Of a stretch of DNA of 64,000 nt, positions 41,971-52,145 are shown piece by piece (position 1 is the first letter of the stretch; every line of letters begins with the position of its first letter). Both the position numbers and the translations under genes were made by a program. Below the pieces are notes generated by a model. It was not told the origin of the DNA, did no database searches, and saw only the letters and a list, made by a program, of their open reading frames with translations. The stretch spans positions 44,047 through 108,046 of the forward strand of contig JAPKMP010000004.1 in assembly GCA_026645935.1 (NCBI GenBank), written 5' to 3'. The DNA comes from Candidatus Villigracilaceae bacterium. Its GTDB lineage: Bacteria; Chloroflexota; Anaerolineae; Anaerolineales; Villigracilaceae.

Positions 41971-42330
41971 ATGAAATACCTCGCCATTCTTTTTACTCTT
42001 TTTATCATCTTTGTCGTCGTCCTCGCAGACCTTGATGCCTTTCCGCCCCACGCCCGCAAGTTGTATGATTTTCCAAATGGAGACAAGGTCGGGCACCTCA
42101 TCCTCTTTGGACTGCTCAATTTTTTCCTCACCTCAGCCCTTCTCTTTCGCTTCCCTCTTAGCCGGGGGCGGGTTGCCCTTTCCGTGGGTCTGATCCTCAT
42201 CCTGGCCATCGCCGCCGAAGAATTCTCGCAGCAGTATTTTGCAGCACGGACGTTTGACCTGGCGGATCTGTCAGCAAGTTATATTGGTGCGTTTGTCGGG
42301 GGTTGGATTGCATGGAGGTTTATAAAATAA
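41971..42330 (+). CDS. VanZ-family membrane protein
   Basis: I moved the start to MKYLAILFTLF (41971) because the track start 41935 would translate through the terminator hairpin. VanZ motifs are DKVGHLILFGLL and EEFSQQYF..RTFDLADL. Confidence 0.75.
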   Translation: MKYLAILFTLFIIFVVVLADLDAFPPHARKLYDFPNGDKVGHLILFGLLNFFLTSALLFRFPLSRGRVALSVGLILILAIAAEEFSQQYFAARTFDLADLSASYIGAFVGGWIAWRFIK

Positions 42331-42334
42331 AAAT

Positions 42335-42372
42335 CTTCCCTCTTTCTATTTGTGATAGAAGAAAGAGGGAAG
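42335..42372. terminator. hairpin between convergent genes
   Basis: cttccctctttct...agaaagagggaag is a 13-bp stem, extendable with a bulge. Confidence 0.65.
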
Positions 42373-42402
42373 ACGAAAGAAACGGGGATTTATCAGTAGA
42401 AA

Positions 42403-44943
42403 CTAACGGATGATCCCCAGCATTCTCGGATACCAATACCACAACACGTTCGCAGCGGGTTTGCTGTTTATGGATGTGGATTTATCCTGCAGGGCGACCG
42501 GCATGAAGTATCCCCTGCTGACGAACCCCGAAACCCAGGGACGCACATTGACAGCGCTTAGCAAGGCTTCGTAAATATCCGCCTGCGCTTGCAGGCTCAA
42601 AGGCACCGATGGTATGTCTGCGTTCGGCCTCGACAATGCGTTGAAATCGAGGCATCCGCCTGCCCCGTTTGCGACACAGCCGCTTGCCGCGTCGCCTGCG
42701 GCCGGATACGATGCGGCAATGATGACCGGCTTATTACCCAGCAGCGAGACCAGCGGGGCGATCTCATTATCGAGCAGCCTCCCGGCTTCGTTGACATAAT
42801 CGGTTTTCGTTGCAGTGGAACTGGTGGCAATGGGAACGGACCACAACAGATAGATACCATCCACGTCTCGCAGGAAATTCACAGGGGACATGATGGTGGA
42901 TTTATCATACGGCAGCGCCCAAAGAACCTGTCCTTTGAAGTGATTGCGCACTTCTGCGATGATGCCGCGCCATTGCGCCTCTGCATCTGCCGGGACGTTT
43001 GACGGAGTGCCATCGGGGAGAAGTCCACCCGGCAGGGACGGTGTTACCCATTCCCCGCCGAGGATGATGGACTGCGCGCCGGATTGGGCGGCAAGGTCTG
43101 CATAATTGACGAGAAAGGCGCGATATCTTGTGAACCAACTTTGCCACCAGGAGGCATCGCGGGGGGCGTTTCTCCAGAATTGCGTGCTTGCAGAGACGCT
43201 TGTATCCGTGGAGGGCGGGAAATGCGGCGTGGGGAAGAGAACGGGATTCAGACCATTATCCCTTGCCTGCGATACCATGATGGCGGTGTCGATCCAAAGG
43301 GGGTCCTGACCCGGCTGTGTCGCAAAACGCAATGGAGAAATGCTCGATACACTCCACGAAGGGGTGAGGACTGCGAGGTTTGCCCCGATGGCCTTGGTAT
43401 TGGCGAAGGTCTGCCAGGCGTAATAACTGAAATTCGGACGGAATGTCGACTGGTATTCGACGCCTGCAACGAAACCGACAGCGCGCGGCGTGATGGCGCT
43501 CCCGACCAGAGGCAGGGTTTCTGGATTCTCGAACCACTTCCAAGAATTCACGCTGTCAACAAGGTCCTGCCCAAGCAGGCTGGTTGTCGTCTGTCTTCCC
43601 GCCGGGGAAATGCCAACGGTCTGGTTGTCGTCCGCGCTGCCGCATTGGCCGTTGCGGCAATAGCGGTAGGAGAATGAGCCGTAGAAATTCAACGGGCTGT
43701 AAAGCTGATAAGCCCAGCGCGTGCTTCCGCTGACAATGCCGAGGGGCCACATTGGAATCGGCTCGGTCCAGCCGAATATGTTGAATTGTATATAAATGAT
43801 ATCCGCTGCCGGGGTGACAGAGGGAATGCTGACCTCGAACAGGATCGGGCCCGATTCCTTCGAAACCAGCCACGTCTGGACGTGGTCGTCGAGAGTGACA
43901 TCCTCTGCGGGGACGATGAAATCGCGGAGCACCCATTTCCCCTGGGCGTCATGCTCCGCATTCCAATAACCATCGCCGAGCGTGTACTTGTACTGGATAT
44001 GCGCGCCCACCGGCAGGCCGAGCGTGTAGGTGTAACGTCCATCGGATTGAAGCGCCATGATCGGCATGCGGTCGGTCACAACGTTCACGCCTCCCTGCAG
44101 GTCTGCGAAGGTATTCCCCAATTGAAGGATATTGCCGGCAATGCGGACCGGAACGCCGGGAACGGTATCCTCTGGAACGGAAACTCGAAAGGTCACGTTT
44201 ACGAGACGTGTCGGTGTCATGTACAGATCCACGAGGGTGGCTTTGCCCTCTTCGACGCGCGCGCCCTGCTGGAACGGTAGGTGGAGCCCATCCATGCTGT
44301 AGGCAACAAGTTGATGCACCCCGATGGGAAGGCCTGTCAATTCGAACCGCCCCTGCGAATCGGTGATGAATTGGATTCCTCCGGCTGTGACAAGGATATT
44401 GGGAATCGGCGACCTTGAGTCAGCGTTATAGATCTGCCCGAGGATCGAACTGGCAGGTCGTCCGGTGATCTTATCGGTCCAATCAGCGACAATATCCTGC
44501 ACTTCGGTGGAGGTCGCCACATTATGCAAACGATAGCGGATGGCTCCACCGTATGTGGTGTCTTCCGCGATTTGTGTGCTGCCAATAACGCGCACGTAAC
44601 GATATTTAATGACAGAATTGACCATCACAGGGATCGCCCCAGAATATGTGGTGGCATCGCGCGGACTTAATGTATATTGCGTCGGTCGGAGGGGTAATCC
44701 CGTGACCTCATCCAAAACGAGCACAGCGATTGTCTCGCCCGGCTGGAGCGCCTCGGGGATGGTCACGACAAAAGTAACTTGAGCCGCAGGGTAGGGCGTA
44801 TTGGTTGCAATGATCCGCTCGGGTGTGGCTGTGGCAGGATTGCCGGGAGGATTGAACAGGGAGATTGTGCAAGCCTGCCCGGCAATGACGAGAATCAATG
44901 CCGCATATAACCAGCGTCGCGCCGGAATGGATGAATTAACCAT
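42403..44943 (-). CDS. large secreted multidomain protein (carboxypeptidase-regulatory-like and carbohydrate-binding-like modules; C-terminal glycosidase-like region)
   Basis: It starts at MVNSSIPARRWLYAALILVIAGQA (GGAG upstream), which avoids overlap with tatC. It has a CarboxypepD_reg-like segment (ILVTAGGIQFITDSQGRFELTGLPIGVHQL). The function call is weak. Confidence 0.5.
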   Translation of the reverse strand: MVNSSIPARRWLYAALILVIAGQACTISLFNPPGNPATATPERIIATNTPYPAAQVTFVVTIPEALQPGETIAVLVLDEVTGLPLRPTQYTLSPRDATTYSGAIPVMVNSVIKYRYVRVIGSTQIAEDTTYGGAIRYRLHNVATSTEVQDIVADWTDKITGRPASSILGQIYNADSRSPIPNILVTAGGIQFITDSQGRFELTGLPIGVHQLVAYSMDGLHLPFQQGARVEEGKATLVDLYMTPTRLVNVTFRVSVPEDTVPGVPVRIAGNILQLGNTFADLQGGVNVVTDRMPIMALQSDGRYTYTLGLPVGAHIQYKYTLGDGYWNAEHDAQGKWVLRDFIVPAEDVTLDDHVQTWLVSKESGPILFEVSIPSVTPAADIIYIQFNIFGWTEPIPMWPLGIVSGSTRWAYQLYSPLNFYGSFSYRYCRNGQCGSADDNQTVGISPAGRQTTTSLLGQDLVDSVNSWKWFENPETLPLVGSAITPRAVGFVAGVEYQSTFRPNFSYYAWQTFANTKAIGANLAVLTPSWSVSSISPLRFATQPGQDPLWIDTAIMVSQARDNGLNPVLFPTPHFPPSTDTSVSASTQFWRNAPRDASWWQSWFTRYRAFLVNYADLAAQSGAQSIILGGEWVTPSLPGGLLPDGTPSNVPADAEAQWRGIIAEVRNHFKGQVLWALPYDKSTIMSPVNFLRDVDGIYLLWSVPIATSSTATKTDYVNEAGRLLDNEIAPLVSLLGNKPVIIAASYPAAGDAASGCVANGAGGCLDFNALSRPNADIPSVPLSLQAQADIYEALLSAVNVRPWVSGFVSRGYFMPVALQDKSTSINSKPAANVLWYWYPRMLGIIR

Positions 44944-44980
44944 ATTCTTCTCCTCTATGGACTTGCGCTTCGTTCGTGCC

Positions 44981-45901
44981 CTAGCCTGCGCCTGTCCCTT
45001 CAACAGGGTCCTGAGCCTCGGCCTGGTTCTTCCTCCGCCCTGCGTAGGCGATATAACTCAAGCCGATGCTGATGAAGTATAACAAAATCATGGGAATCAT
45101 CACCAAACCCATATTGACCGGATCGACGGTGGGCGTGATCGCCGCTGCAAGCACGGCGATGATGACCACTGCCAACCGCCACTGCTCGGCAAGGAATTTT
45201 GGTTTGACGAAGCCGATGGACGTCAGCACATAGATCACGAGAGGGAATTCGAAGAAAAGCCCGATCCATAGCATCAGCCCCGTAACGAAGGCAAAGTATT
45301 CCCGGGCCGCCCAGAACTCGGCGATCGTTGTGAATCCCCCAAGGAAGGGTAGTGCCGCGGGGAGCAGGACGTAGAACGTAAACGCCATCCCCGCCAGAAA
45401 AAGCATGTAAGCGAGGGGAATGCCCGCCAGCCCCATCTTCTTTTCTCGAGACCATAAGCCCGGCGCAACAAAGAGCCAGAGTTCAAAGGATATGTAGGGG
45501 AAGGCTGCCGCAATTCCCACCATCATTGCCACGCGCATGAAAACGCCAATCTCTTCCGTCACCTGGATGGCTTGTAGCTTTTCGAGTCCGCCGATGGGGA
45601 TCGCCAGGAATTCCATGACGGGCACGGCCGCCCAAAATGCAGCGATGACCGTGACCGTCAGGACACCGACCGAACGCAGGAGATGTTTGCGGAATACATC
45701 GATGTGGTCGAGCAGACTGTTGCGTGAATCGGATTGACTTGCAACCCTGGCAAAAATTTCACCGATGGGAGTATCGACAGGGTCGGAATTGAGGAAGTCG
45801 ATGAATCGCCGCACCGCCCGGAACGGAGACGCAATGATATTGAAAACCAGGCGGAAGGGGAAGGCGATCGCTCGCCAGACTCCCGTAAAAAACTTACGCA
45901 T
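44981..45901 (-). CDS. tatC: twin-arginine translocase subunit TatC
   Basis: 306 aa with 6 TM helices and typical TatC blocks (HIDVFRKHLLRS, FELWLFVAPGL, PTVDPVN). It has an N-terminal extension of about 60 aa. Confidence 0.9.
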   Translation of the reverse strand: MRKFFTGVWRAIAFPFRLVFNIIASPFRAVRRFIDFLNSDPVDTPIGEIFARVASQSDSRNSLLDHIDVFRKHLLRSVGVLTVTVIAAFWAAVPVMEFLAIPIGGLEKLQAIQVTEEIGVFMRVAMMVGIAAAFPYISFELWLFVAPGLWSREKKMGLAGIPLAYMLFLAGMAFTFYVLLPAALPFLGGFTTIAEFWAAREYFAFVTGLMLWIGLFFEFPLVIYVLTSIGFVKPKFLAEQWRLAVVIIAVLAAAITPTVDPVNMGLVMIPMILLYFISIGLSYIAYAGRRKNQAEAQDPVEGTGAG

Positions 45902-46283
45902 CGTTCTTTGTTTCGCCTTCTGATTCCCTGCCCGGTTTCAAGTTTTCACTTTCCGTTTGCTTGTTGCCGATCATTTGATTGGAGCGGTCGTCGAAGTCCG
46001 GAGCGACGAATTTGGAATAATGATTGTGCTGTTTCAGTTCCCTTCGAATTTCTTCGTCCGTCTTTTGCATTTCCAAATTGGCTTCTTTCATCAGATTGCC
46101 AGGTAGATTTCTGATCTCGTTCGTGGTGCTTCGCATCACGCGCCAGATATCGGATTTTATAAATTTGTTCAGCCAACGCCCGACCGTTTTACCCGCCTTC
46201 TGCATGTCCTTCGGACCGAGGATGAGCAGGGCAATGATAAAAATAAAGACAAGTTCGGGCATGCCGATGCCGAGGATTTCCAT
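45894..46283 (-). CDS. tatA: twin-arginine translocase TatA/TatB-family subunit
   Basis: 129 aa starting MEILGIGMPELVFIFIIALLILGPKDMQKAGKTVGRW. There is an 8-nt overlap with tatC. Confidence 0.85.
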   Translation of the reverse strand: MEILGIGMPELVFIFIIALLILGPKDMQKAGKTVGRWLNKFIKSDIWRVMRSTTNEIRNLPGNLMKEANLEMQKTDEEIRRELKQHNHYSKFVAPDFDDRSNQMIGNKQTESENLKPGRESEGETKNDA

Positions 46284-46745
46284 TTATTGCGATTCCAATT
46301 TTGTTTCCTGGGGAAGTTCCCTGTTCAAGATCTGCCGGATTTCCTGCTCATGATCCACGAGCGTTCCAAGCACTCCGTTGACGAACCGCGCGGTTGAATC
46401 CGAGCCGAAGAGTTTTGCAAGTTCCACTGCCTCATTGATGGCAACCTTGACCGGCGTTTCACCCGAGACGGCGAATTCCCAGCAGGCCATGCGCAGGATG
46501 TTTCTGTCGATGGCGGCGACCTGATCCATGGGCCATTCCGGCGCGTATTTTGCGATCACCTTGTCGAGCGGCTCTCGCAGGGGCATGACCCCGAAGACGA
46601 TACCCCTGGCAAACTCGGCGAGTTCCGGCGGCAGTGTGGTTTCTTCAAGACGCGTCCTTAATACTTCTCCGGGTTGATGTGTGGAAAGATCGATCTCGTA
46701 TAACACCTGCAAGGCAAGCGAGCGCGCCCGGGTTCGAGGTTTCAT
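46284..46745 (-). CDS. nusB: transcription antitermination factor NusB
   Basis: It starts at MKPRTRARSLALQVLYEIDL, avoiding overlap with asp23. It has the NusB block INEAVELAKLFG. Confidence 0.9.
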   Translation of the reverse strand: MKPRTRARSLALQVLYEIDLSTHQPGEVLRTRLEETTLPPELAEFARGIVFGVMPLREPLDKVIAKYAPEWPMDQVAAIDRNILRMACWEFAVSGETPVKVAINEAVELAKLFGSDSTARFVNGVLGTLVDHEQEIRQILNRELPQETKLESQ

Positions 46746-46749
46746 GCAA

Positions 46750-47097
46750 TCATGCCTCGTCCCCTTCGAAATCGATATCTTCGACATGGACGTTCACTTC
46801 CCCGGCTTCCATGCCGACCATTTCCTGAATCGACCGCGCCACGTTCTGTTGGACGTTTCGCCCCACCTCGCGGATGTTGACGCCATCCTTGAGAATCAGA
46901 AACAGGTCCACATAAACGACATTATCCTTCGCTTCGATCCGGACCCCGTCGCTTTGTCCCCGGCGAAAGAGCCGGTTCACGCCTCCGCTGACGGGTGCCA
47001 GGCGGCTGACGCCGGTCACTTCCAACGCGGCAAGACTGGCGATGGTCGTCAGAACTTCCGGCGAGACCGTTGTTTTTCCTTGCATATCTTCAGTCAT
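46750..47097 (-). CDS. Asp23/Gls24-family stress protein
   Basis: 115 aa with TVSPEVLTTIASLAALEVTGVSRL. This is the conserved asp23(yqhY)-nusB arrangement. Confidence 0.85.
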   Translation of the reverse strand: MTEDMQGKTTVSPEVLTTIASLAALEVTGVSRLAPVSGGVNRLFRRGQSDGVRIEAKDNVVYVDLFLILKDGVNIREVGRNVQQNVARSIQEMVGMEAGEVNVHVEDIDFEGDEA

Positions 47098-47163
47098 TCT
47101 TGCTCCTGTTTTTTATATCGGCGAGCCAATGGCGTTCGAGAACGCCGGCTGGACGGGTCCGGT

Positions 47164-47922
47164 TTACATCATCGCCATGCCGCCGTCCACGCCGAGGACT
47201 TGACCGGTGATGAATGCGGCTCCATCCGATGCAAGGAAGGACGCGGCGTACGCGACTTCATCGACGGTGCCTTTGCGGGCGAGCGGCACGAGTTTCAACG
47301 CGGCTTCAAGCGTCTCAGGCGACATCGCGTCGAGGATTTCCGTGTCGATGAATCCCGGCGCAATGGCATTGACGGTAATATGGCGCGCGGCAATTTCGCG
47401 CGCCAGAGCTTTGGTGAATGCGATCTGCCCGCCTTTCGAAGCGGAGTAATTCGTCTGCCCGGGGTTGCCCATCTGTCCGGCGACCGAAGCCATGTTGATG
47501 ATCCGTCCCATCCGTTTTCGCATCATGTGTTTGACGGCGGCTTTCGAACAGTTGAATGTGCTCTTTAGGTTTGTGCTGATCACCGCATCCCAGTCGGTTT
47601 CGGGCATCATCATGATGAGTTTATCGCGGGTGATTCCCGCATTATTGACGAGGATGCTCAGATCGCCGAAGGTTTCGATGGCAAATTTGATCAATGCCTC
47701 GGCTTGTTTGAAATCGGAGACATCCGCCTGGAAGGCGGCGGCTTTCCCGCCCTTCTCTTGAATTTTCTTAACCACTTCCTCTGCGGCTTCGGGCGACTTG
47801 TTGTAATTGACCACCACCGACGCGCCGCGCTCTGCGAACTCGAGCGCAATGGCGCGGCCGATTCCCCGCGACCCGCCTGTGACGACGGCGACCTTGTTTT
47901 CCAGTGAAAGGTTGAATGCCAT
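47164..47922 (-). CDS. fabG: 3-oxoacyl-[acyl-carrier-protein] reductase
   Basis: 252 aa SDR with TGGSRGIGRAIA, NNAGITRD and YSASKGG. Confidence 0.85.
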   Translation of the reverse strand: MAFNLSLENKVAVVTGGSRGIGRAIALEFAERGASVVVNYNKSPEAAEEVVKKIQEKGGKAAAFQADVSDFKQAEALIKFAIETFGDLSILVNNAGITRDKLIMMMPETDWDAVISTNLKSTFNCSKAAVKHMMRKRMGRIINMASVAGQMGNPGQTNYSASKGGQIAFTKALAREIAARHITVNAIAPGFIDTEILDAMSPETLEAALKLVPLARKGTVDEVAYAASFLASDGAAFITGQVLGVDGGMAMM

Positions 47923-47958
47923 TAAGATTCTCCTGCTGCAAAATTATACTTCATATAG

Positions 47959-47993
47959 AAAGTGACGGTCGCCTCGAGGGTGACCGTCACTTT
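47959..47993 (-). terminator. GTGAC-type hairpin directly after the DUF1461 gene stop
   Basis: aaagtgacggtc...gaccgtcacttt is a 12-bp stem plus an inner cctcgagg palindrome. It belongs to the same family as 13380-13408 and 16773-16805. Confidence 0.55.
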
Positions 47994-48655
47994 TACCGGG
48001 TTTTCAATCCAACCGCGAGCGCCGCTCCGCCTCCGAGCGCGAAGACCGCCATGAAAATGACCGCGTCCTGCCAGAAGCGGATCGGGAAGAGCCGGATGAG
48101 CGTGTCGGAATAATAGAAGAGCCATGAGTCGCCTTCGAAGAAAAGGGAATGGAACCAGGAGAAGAATGCCCAAAATATATCCGGGTTGAGCAGGATGCCC
48201 GCCGCGGCGATGAGCGCCAATATAGCGGCAAACCCGATCATCCAAAGTCCGCCGCGGCGGAGGGCGTTGAAATATTCGGGTAGGGCTTTGATTCTCCAAA
48301 AGAGAAATAGGAAAATTATGAGAATTGCAAGCGAGACGTACCAGGTTTTCAATGCACCTTGCACAACGCTTTTGACATCCTCCATGTGACTGAGCTCGCG
48401 ATAGCCGTAGATGGGACTCCCGTCGTCGAATTTCAATTCAGCCAGATAGGAGATGTCCGCGTCGTTGACGAGATATTCCACCGAAGGCTTCGCCCATTTC
48501 AGGCGGTCTTCTTTTGTAAAGTCATATTCATCGTTCGGGAAGTACGGCATGTTGTATTCGACGGTGTAATACAAAGGGGTGAGCATGACCCGCAGGGCGA
48601 ACCCAATGAGCGCGAAAGGCACAGCGAGAGAAACGAGATAGGAGAGGGATTTCAC
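47993..48655 (-). CDS. TIGR01906/DUF1461-family integral membrane protein (Lit-like)
   Basis: The family-like block is YRELSHMEDVKSV, flanked by TM helices. I prefer GTG 48655, which forms a GTGA overlap with the upstream stop. The track ATG is at 48715. Confidence 0.55.
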   Translation of the reverse strand: MKSLSYLVSLAVPFALIGFALRVMLTPLYYTVEYNMPYFPNDEYDFTKEDRLKWAKPSVEYLVNDADISYLAELKFDDGSPIYGYRELSHMEDVKSVVQGALKTWYVSLAILIIFLFLFWRIKALPEYFNALRRGGLWMIGFAAILALIAAAGILLNPDIFWAFFSWFHSLFFEGDSWLFYYSDTLIRLFPIRFWQDAVIFMAVFALGGGAALAVGLKTR

Positions 48656-50205
48656 TGCAGGAATTCCAACCCGCCCTGTAAAACGAACTTTACGACCATA
48701 TCGTTGACGATCCACTCGATGGGGGCGAGGTCGTCGGTAAAGACAGTCGTCCTTTCGTAGCCGGGTTTCAGGTGGGTATACGTGGAGGACATGGTCGCGA
48801 CAAGCAAAGGATTCAGGCTGGCATCCTGGGCAAGGTGTTGAAGGTTGGCGAGAAAAGCGTCGGGAGTTGTCGGTTGTTTGGTCGCGAAGAGCATCGTGTT
48901 CAAGGTGCCGGGGATGTCCATGATGTGAATGGAGGGGAAGACCTGCGACATGGTCGTGGCGAGTCCGTCGATGAGGCGGCGATCTCCGGGCGTGGAACCG
49001 ACATTGAGGGTCAGGACCCCGTCATCGGTCAGGTGGGAGGCGCAGATGGTGAAAAATTCCAGTGTCGTCATGTGGGGCGGGATGTACGGCGGGCGGTACG
49101 CGTCCACGCCGATGATGTCGTACTTTTCGGGGGACCTTTCGAGGTTCAACCTTCCATCGCCGATGAATACGTTCAAGTTCGGAGAAGCCATGTGGAAATA
49201 TTCGTAGCCGACTTCCACGATCTTTCCGTCGAGTTCGTAGCCATCGATCTGCAGATCATCGCCGTAAACGATTGTCGCCTGGCGGGCTGCCGTCCCTGCG
49301 GCAAGCCCGATGATCGCCATTTTGTGAACGTCGTCTGGTGAACGGTTTTCGTAGAAATACGGTCCGACCAAAAATTGCTCCCAGGGTCCGTTGTAGTAAA
49401 GAACATCTGGGTGATAGATGGAATGAACCCCCTGCCCGTCGTTGAGCCGCAGGAGGGTGTATCCGTTCTGCTCCTGCACCTGGATGTAGTTGTATTCAGA
49501 CTCGGTCTCGTAGACCTGACCGGTATTGTTCTTGAGCGATTGGTTCGCGAAGATGACCGCGATGACCGCAAGTAAAACGGGCATCCACATCAGTTTGAAC
49601 ATTTCCTTTCTGCCGGCAAATATTCCCAAGCCCGCCAAAGCAACGAACAGCAGGAAGCAGCCAAAGAATAAGAATGTTTTTGTCGTGCCGATGGTGGGGA
49701 TGAAAACAAGCGTGGGAAGGAACGTCCCGATGAAAGAACCGAGAGTGGAGACCGCATAAATCTGCCCGGAGATCTGCCCGGCTTTGCTCGTATCGTCCAC
49801 CGAGAGGCGGATGGCGTAGGGCGAGATCATCCCGAGCAGGGTGATGGGAACGATGAAGAGAATCAATACGACGATGAACGACCCTGCAAGAATGCCGACG
49901 CTCAAGGCTTCGAACGCATCCGCCGCGGACCGGAGGACGGGCACAGCGGCATAGGGGACCAACCCAATTGTGAATGCCGCCCATGCGAGGATGCGATACA
50001 TTGCGAGCGGAGTCGGATTCCGATCCGCCCATTTTCCGCCGAGGAAGTAACCCAGGGTGAGATAGATGAGGATGAGACCGATGATGCTCGCCCAGACGAG
50101 ATTGCTCGTACCGAAGACATTGCCGATGAGGCGTCCCGCCGCGAGTTCGGCTGCGAGCGTGGTCATGCCGGAGATGAAGACAGTGAAGAGTAGGTAGCGT
50201 TTCAT
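48652..50205 (-). CDS. fused membrane domain/spermidine synthase-like aminopropyltransferase
   Basis: It starts at MKRYLLFTVFISG. It has about 7 N-terminal TM helices and a C-terminal spermidine-synthase fold (MAIIGLAAGT, YDIIGVDAY). Confidence 0.7.
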   Translation of the reverse strand: MKRYLLFTVFISGMTTLAAELAAGRLIGNVFGTSNLVWASIIGLILIYLTLGYFLGGKWADRNPTPLAMYRILAWAAFTIGLVPYAAVPVLRSAADAFEALSVGILAGSFIVVLILFIVPITLLGMISPYAIRLSVDDTSKAGQISGQIYAVSTLGSFIGTFLPTLVFIPTIGTTKTFLFFGCFLLFVALAGLGIFAGRKEMFKLMWMPVLLAVIAVIFANQSLKNNTGQVYETESEYNYIQVQEQNGYTLLRLNDGQGVHSIYHPDVLYYNGPWEQFLVGPYFYENRSPDDVHKMAIIGLAAGTAARQATIVYGDDLQIDGYELDGKIVEVGYEYFHMASPNLNVFIGDGRLNLERSPEKYDIIGVDAYRPPYIPPHMTTLEFFTICASHLTDDGVLTLNVGSTPGDRRLIDGLATTMSQVFPSIHIMDIPGTLNTMLFATKQPTTPDAFLANLQHLAQDASLNPLLVATMSSTYTHLKPGYERTTVFTDDLAPIEWIVNDMVVKFVLQGGLEFLQ

Positions 50206-50290
50206 GGGGAAAGTATAAAGGCTTGCCTTGAGTTTGTCGAAGGGATGCAAGATGGTGAATCGTGATTGGGGAAGGTTGAATGGTTGTGAT

Positions 50291-52096
50291 TTACTTCAAC
50301 GTGCTGACATCATACCCATAATGTTCAAGATAATCCACGATCTTTTGGCGGATCTGGTCTTCCGGCGGGAGAAGCGCGGAATCGCAGGGCGCGGTGTGAC
50401 CTGTAACCCCGCCGGTCTTCCACGTGACATCCTGGACGTTCAGGACGTACCATTTCTGGCAGACGATGACCTGCACGCTTTTGATCTGGTAGAAAGGCGG
50501 CTTGATCTTCTTTGGCGACCCGGCGGTAATGCTGATGATCTCCCTCAGCGGGGGCGGCTCTTCGTTTAACAGGGACACGCCCGTCATCCATTCGGGCTGT
50601 TTTACGCCGAGATAATCGAGAAGCGTAACGGGCAGGTCGATGATCTGGGCGTTGTTCCTGCGGGAACCGGCGTGTTCCCCGTTCGGGAAGCGGAATATGA
50701 GCGGGATGCGCGAGTTGACAACATAACGATAGCCGTGGTCGGTGTAGATGACCAGGATGGTATCGTCCAATTTACCGGATTCTTCGAGGTAGGTATAAAT
50801 CTCGCGAACGTGATCGTCGAAATTCCGAATCGACTGCTTATATAGTTCCACATCCCATTCTTCCTCTCCATTCAGGGATTCGGTCGCGGAGCTTTTATCG
50901 TCCGAGCCGAAATGCGGACCGTGCGTGTTCATGAAGTGGGAAAAGATGAACAACGGTCTGTCCGATCCTGCCAGCAAGGCGATGATCTCATCCTTGCGTT
51001 CGGCGTCGGTGAGGCGGGCGGATGGGTTGTTAACCTGCTTGAAGGGATTCTCCATCTCTTTAACATAGAAGATGTGAAGAAGCCGCTGGCTGATCCTTTC
51101 CGCGACGATCTGGATGAAGTAGGCGGAGGGGGTATTTCCCAAAACAGGTTCGAGGGAATCCAACAGGGGAATTTCAATGGATTGGCCGTTTACGATCTCG
51201 AAGCCGCCCGCGATGTTCACCTTCCTCGCATCCACATAAGATGGGGCGCCGATCTCCACTGTTTTGTATCCCGCGTTTTTCAAGATTCCGGGCAGGTGCT
51301 TGAACGAGTCTTCGTCGGAGAGAATATCCGGGTAGCGATAGATCTTGACTTCGGCAGGCTCCCTGCCGGTCAAGACGGAGGTCGTAGACCCGGTCGTGCT
51401 GGAGGAATTGGGGTAGGCGTTCTCAGCAACGAGCGATGTTTTCAGTAATTCAGCAAGGAAGGGTGTGGTGTCCTCCTCGAAACCGTAGGCGGAGAGATAC
51501 CTTACGCTCAAACCGTCTGCGCCGATGATGATGATGTTCGGATGGTTGGAGGATGAAGCAAGCGGGTCGAGATCGAATCCCTTCGCGGAGGCGTTTCGGG
51601 AGAAATGGATCGAGAAAATCGCAACTGTCGAAACTGCGAGCAGGCTCAAGGTCAGGAGAGAGGCGCGACTCGAGAGTCTCTGCCGCCTGACGATTTTATA
51701 CATCCAATAAAAGATGAGGGTGAGCAATACGGCGTAGAGGATGCGCCAGAAGCCGGAGGCGGTTACGATGCCGATCTCGAAAAGAGTGTAGGTGAAATTG
51801 TCGAGCATGACCAGCACAGTGACCGAAAACATGAGCGCGGCAGGGACACAACCGAGCGCTTTCCATCTTCGGGCGGGATAGGCGAGAAGCAGCAGGAAAG
51901 CGATGAGGATAAATGAAAATACGCCGCCAGTGACGAATAAGACCTTGAGTTTCTCGAAAAACGAAAGGATGGACAGGGAGGAGGATTGTGTGACGAAGAA
52001 CAGCCATTCCATGAGCGCGTGGAAATAGGCGGCGAGGACGGCGAGGTTGAAGAATAAAGGTAAGCCGATTGCAGATTTGGAACGGTTTGATCTCAT
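50291..52096 (-). CDS. membrane-anchored sulfatase/alkaline-phosphatase-superfamily transferase (LtaS/phosphoglycerol-transferase-like)
   Basis: 601 aa with 5 N-terminal TM helices, then NIIIIGADGLS, TGSTTSVLTG and IYTDHGY. Confidence 0.7.
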   Translation of the reverse strand: MRSNRSKSAIGLPLFFNLAVLAAYFHALMEWLFFVTQSSSLSILSFFEKLKVLFVTGGVFSFILIAFLLLLAYPARRWKALGCVPAALMFSVTVLVMLDNFTYTLFEIGIVTASGFWRILYAVLLTLIFYWMYKIVRRQRLSSRASLLTLSLLAVSTVAIFSIHFSRNASAKGFDLDPLASSSNHPNIIIIGADGLSVRYLSAYGFEEDTTPFLAELLKTSLVAENAYPNSSSTTGSTTSVLTGREPAEVKIYRYPDILSDEDSFKHLPGILKNAGYKTVEIGAPSYVDARKVNIAGGFEIVNGQSIEIPLLDSLEPVLGNTPSAYFIQIVAERISQRLLHIFYVKEMENPFKQVNNPSARLTDAERKDEIIALLAGSDRPLFIFSHFMNTHGPHFGSDDKSSATESLNGEEEWDVELYKQSIRNFDDHVREIYTYLEESGKLDDTILVIYTDHGYRYVVNSRIPLIFRFPNGEHAGSRRNNAQIIDLPVTLLDYLGVKQPEWMTGVSLLNEEPPPLREIISITAGSPKKIKPPFYQIKSVQVIVCQKWYVLNVQDVTWKTGGVTGHTAPCDSALLPPEDQIRQKIVDYLEHYGYDVSTLK

Positions 52097-52145
52097 AAGG
52101 TCGGCATATTTTACCCCCTTGTGTATTCGGCAGACCTTGGAAGTC

